20,000 nt of DNA from Chiloscyllium plagiosum (taxonomy: Eukaryota), in NCBI RefSeq assembly GCF_004010195.1, contig NW_025215379.1, positions 193,630-213,629 on the forward strand, in the 5' to 3' direction. The notes beneath the pieces are model-generated. The model did no database searches and was not told the DNA's origin. It saw only the letters and a list, made by a program, of their open reading frames with translations. Positions 19,912 through 20,000 of the stretch are shown piece by piece (within the stretch, counting starts at the first letter, position 1; every line of letters begins with the position of its first letter). A program made the position numbers and the translations under genes.

Positions 19912-20000
19912 AGGAGAAAGTGAGGACTGCAGATGCTGGAGATCAGAGCTGAAAAATGTGTTGTTGGAAAAGCGCAGCAGGTCAGGCAGCATCCAAGGAG
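19912..20000 (-). mobile_element. 3' end of a PLE-derived element inserted in CR1 ORF2 (runs off the window)
   Basis: aggagaaagtgaggactgcagatgctggagatcagag... matches 1201-1287; the reverse complement matches 9664-9712. Confidence 0.88.

Overview
Eukaryotic, repeat-dense, apparently intergenic or intronic vertebrate DNA. The repeat content (HE1-type V-SINEs, HER1/CR1 LINEs, shark-type Penelope elements) points to a cartilaginous fish, probably a shark; this is an inference from recognised families. No intact host gene or convincing exon was found, and almost all listed ORFs are chance frames or retroelement remnants. The window is a nested mosaic of CR1/HER1 fragments of several ages, HE1 SINEs, tRNA-headed SINE-like elements, an old APE-RT LINE whose two halves lie about 10 kb apart, an L1-clade 3' fragment, a probable Harbinger Myb/SANT remnant, and many Penelope-like (PLE) pieces. 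The PLE pieces carry minimal hammerhead ribozyme motifs from three sequence families. They include a fold-back element with back-to-back hammerheads and a 16-bp TSD, and a Neptune-type GIY-YIG fragment with an open frame. The least explained part is 12872-15630, a shuffled array of diverged modules with hints of a former reading frame. There are three assembly gaps. Family names come from motif recognition, not database searches.
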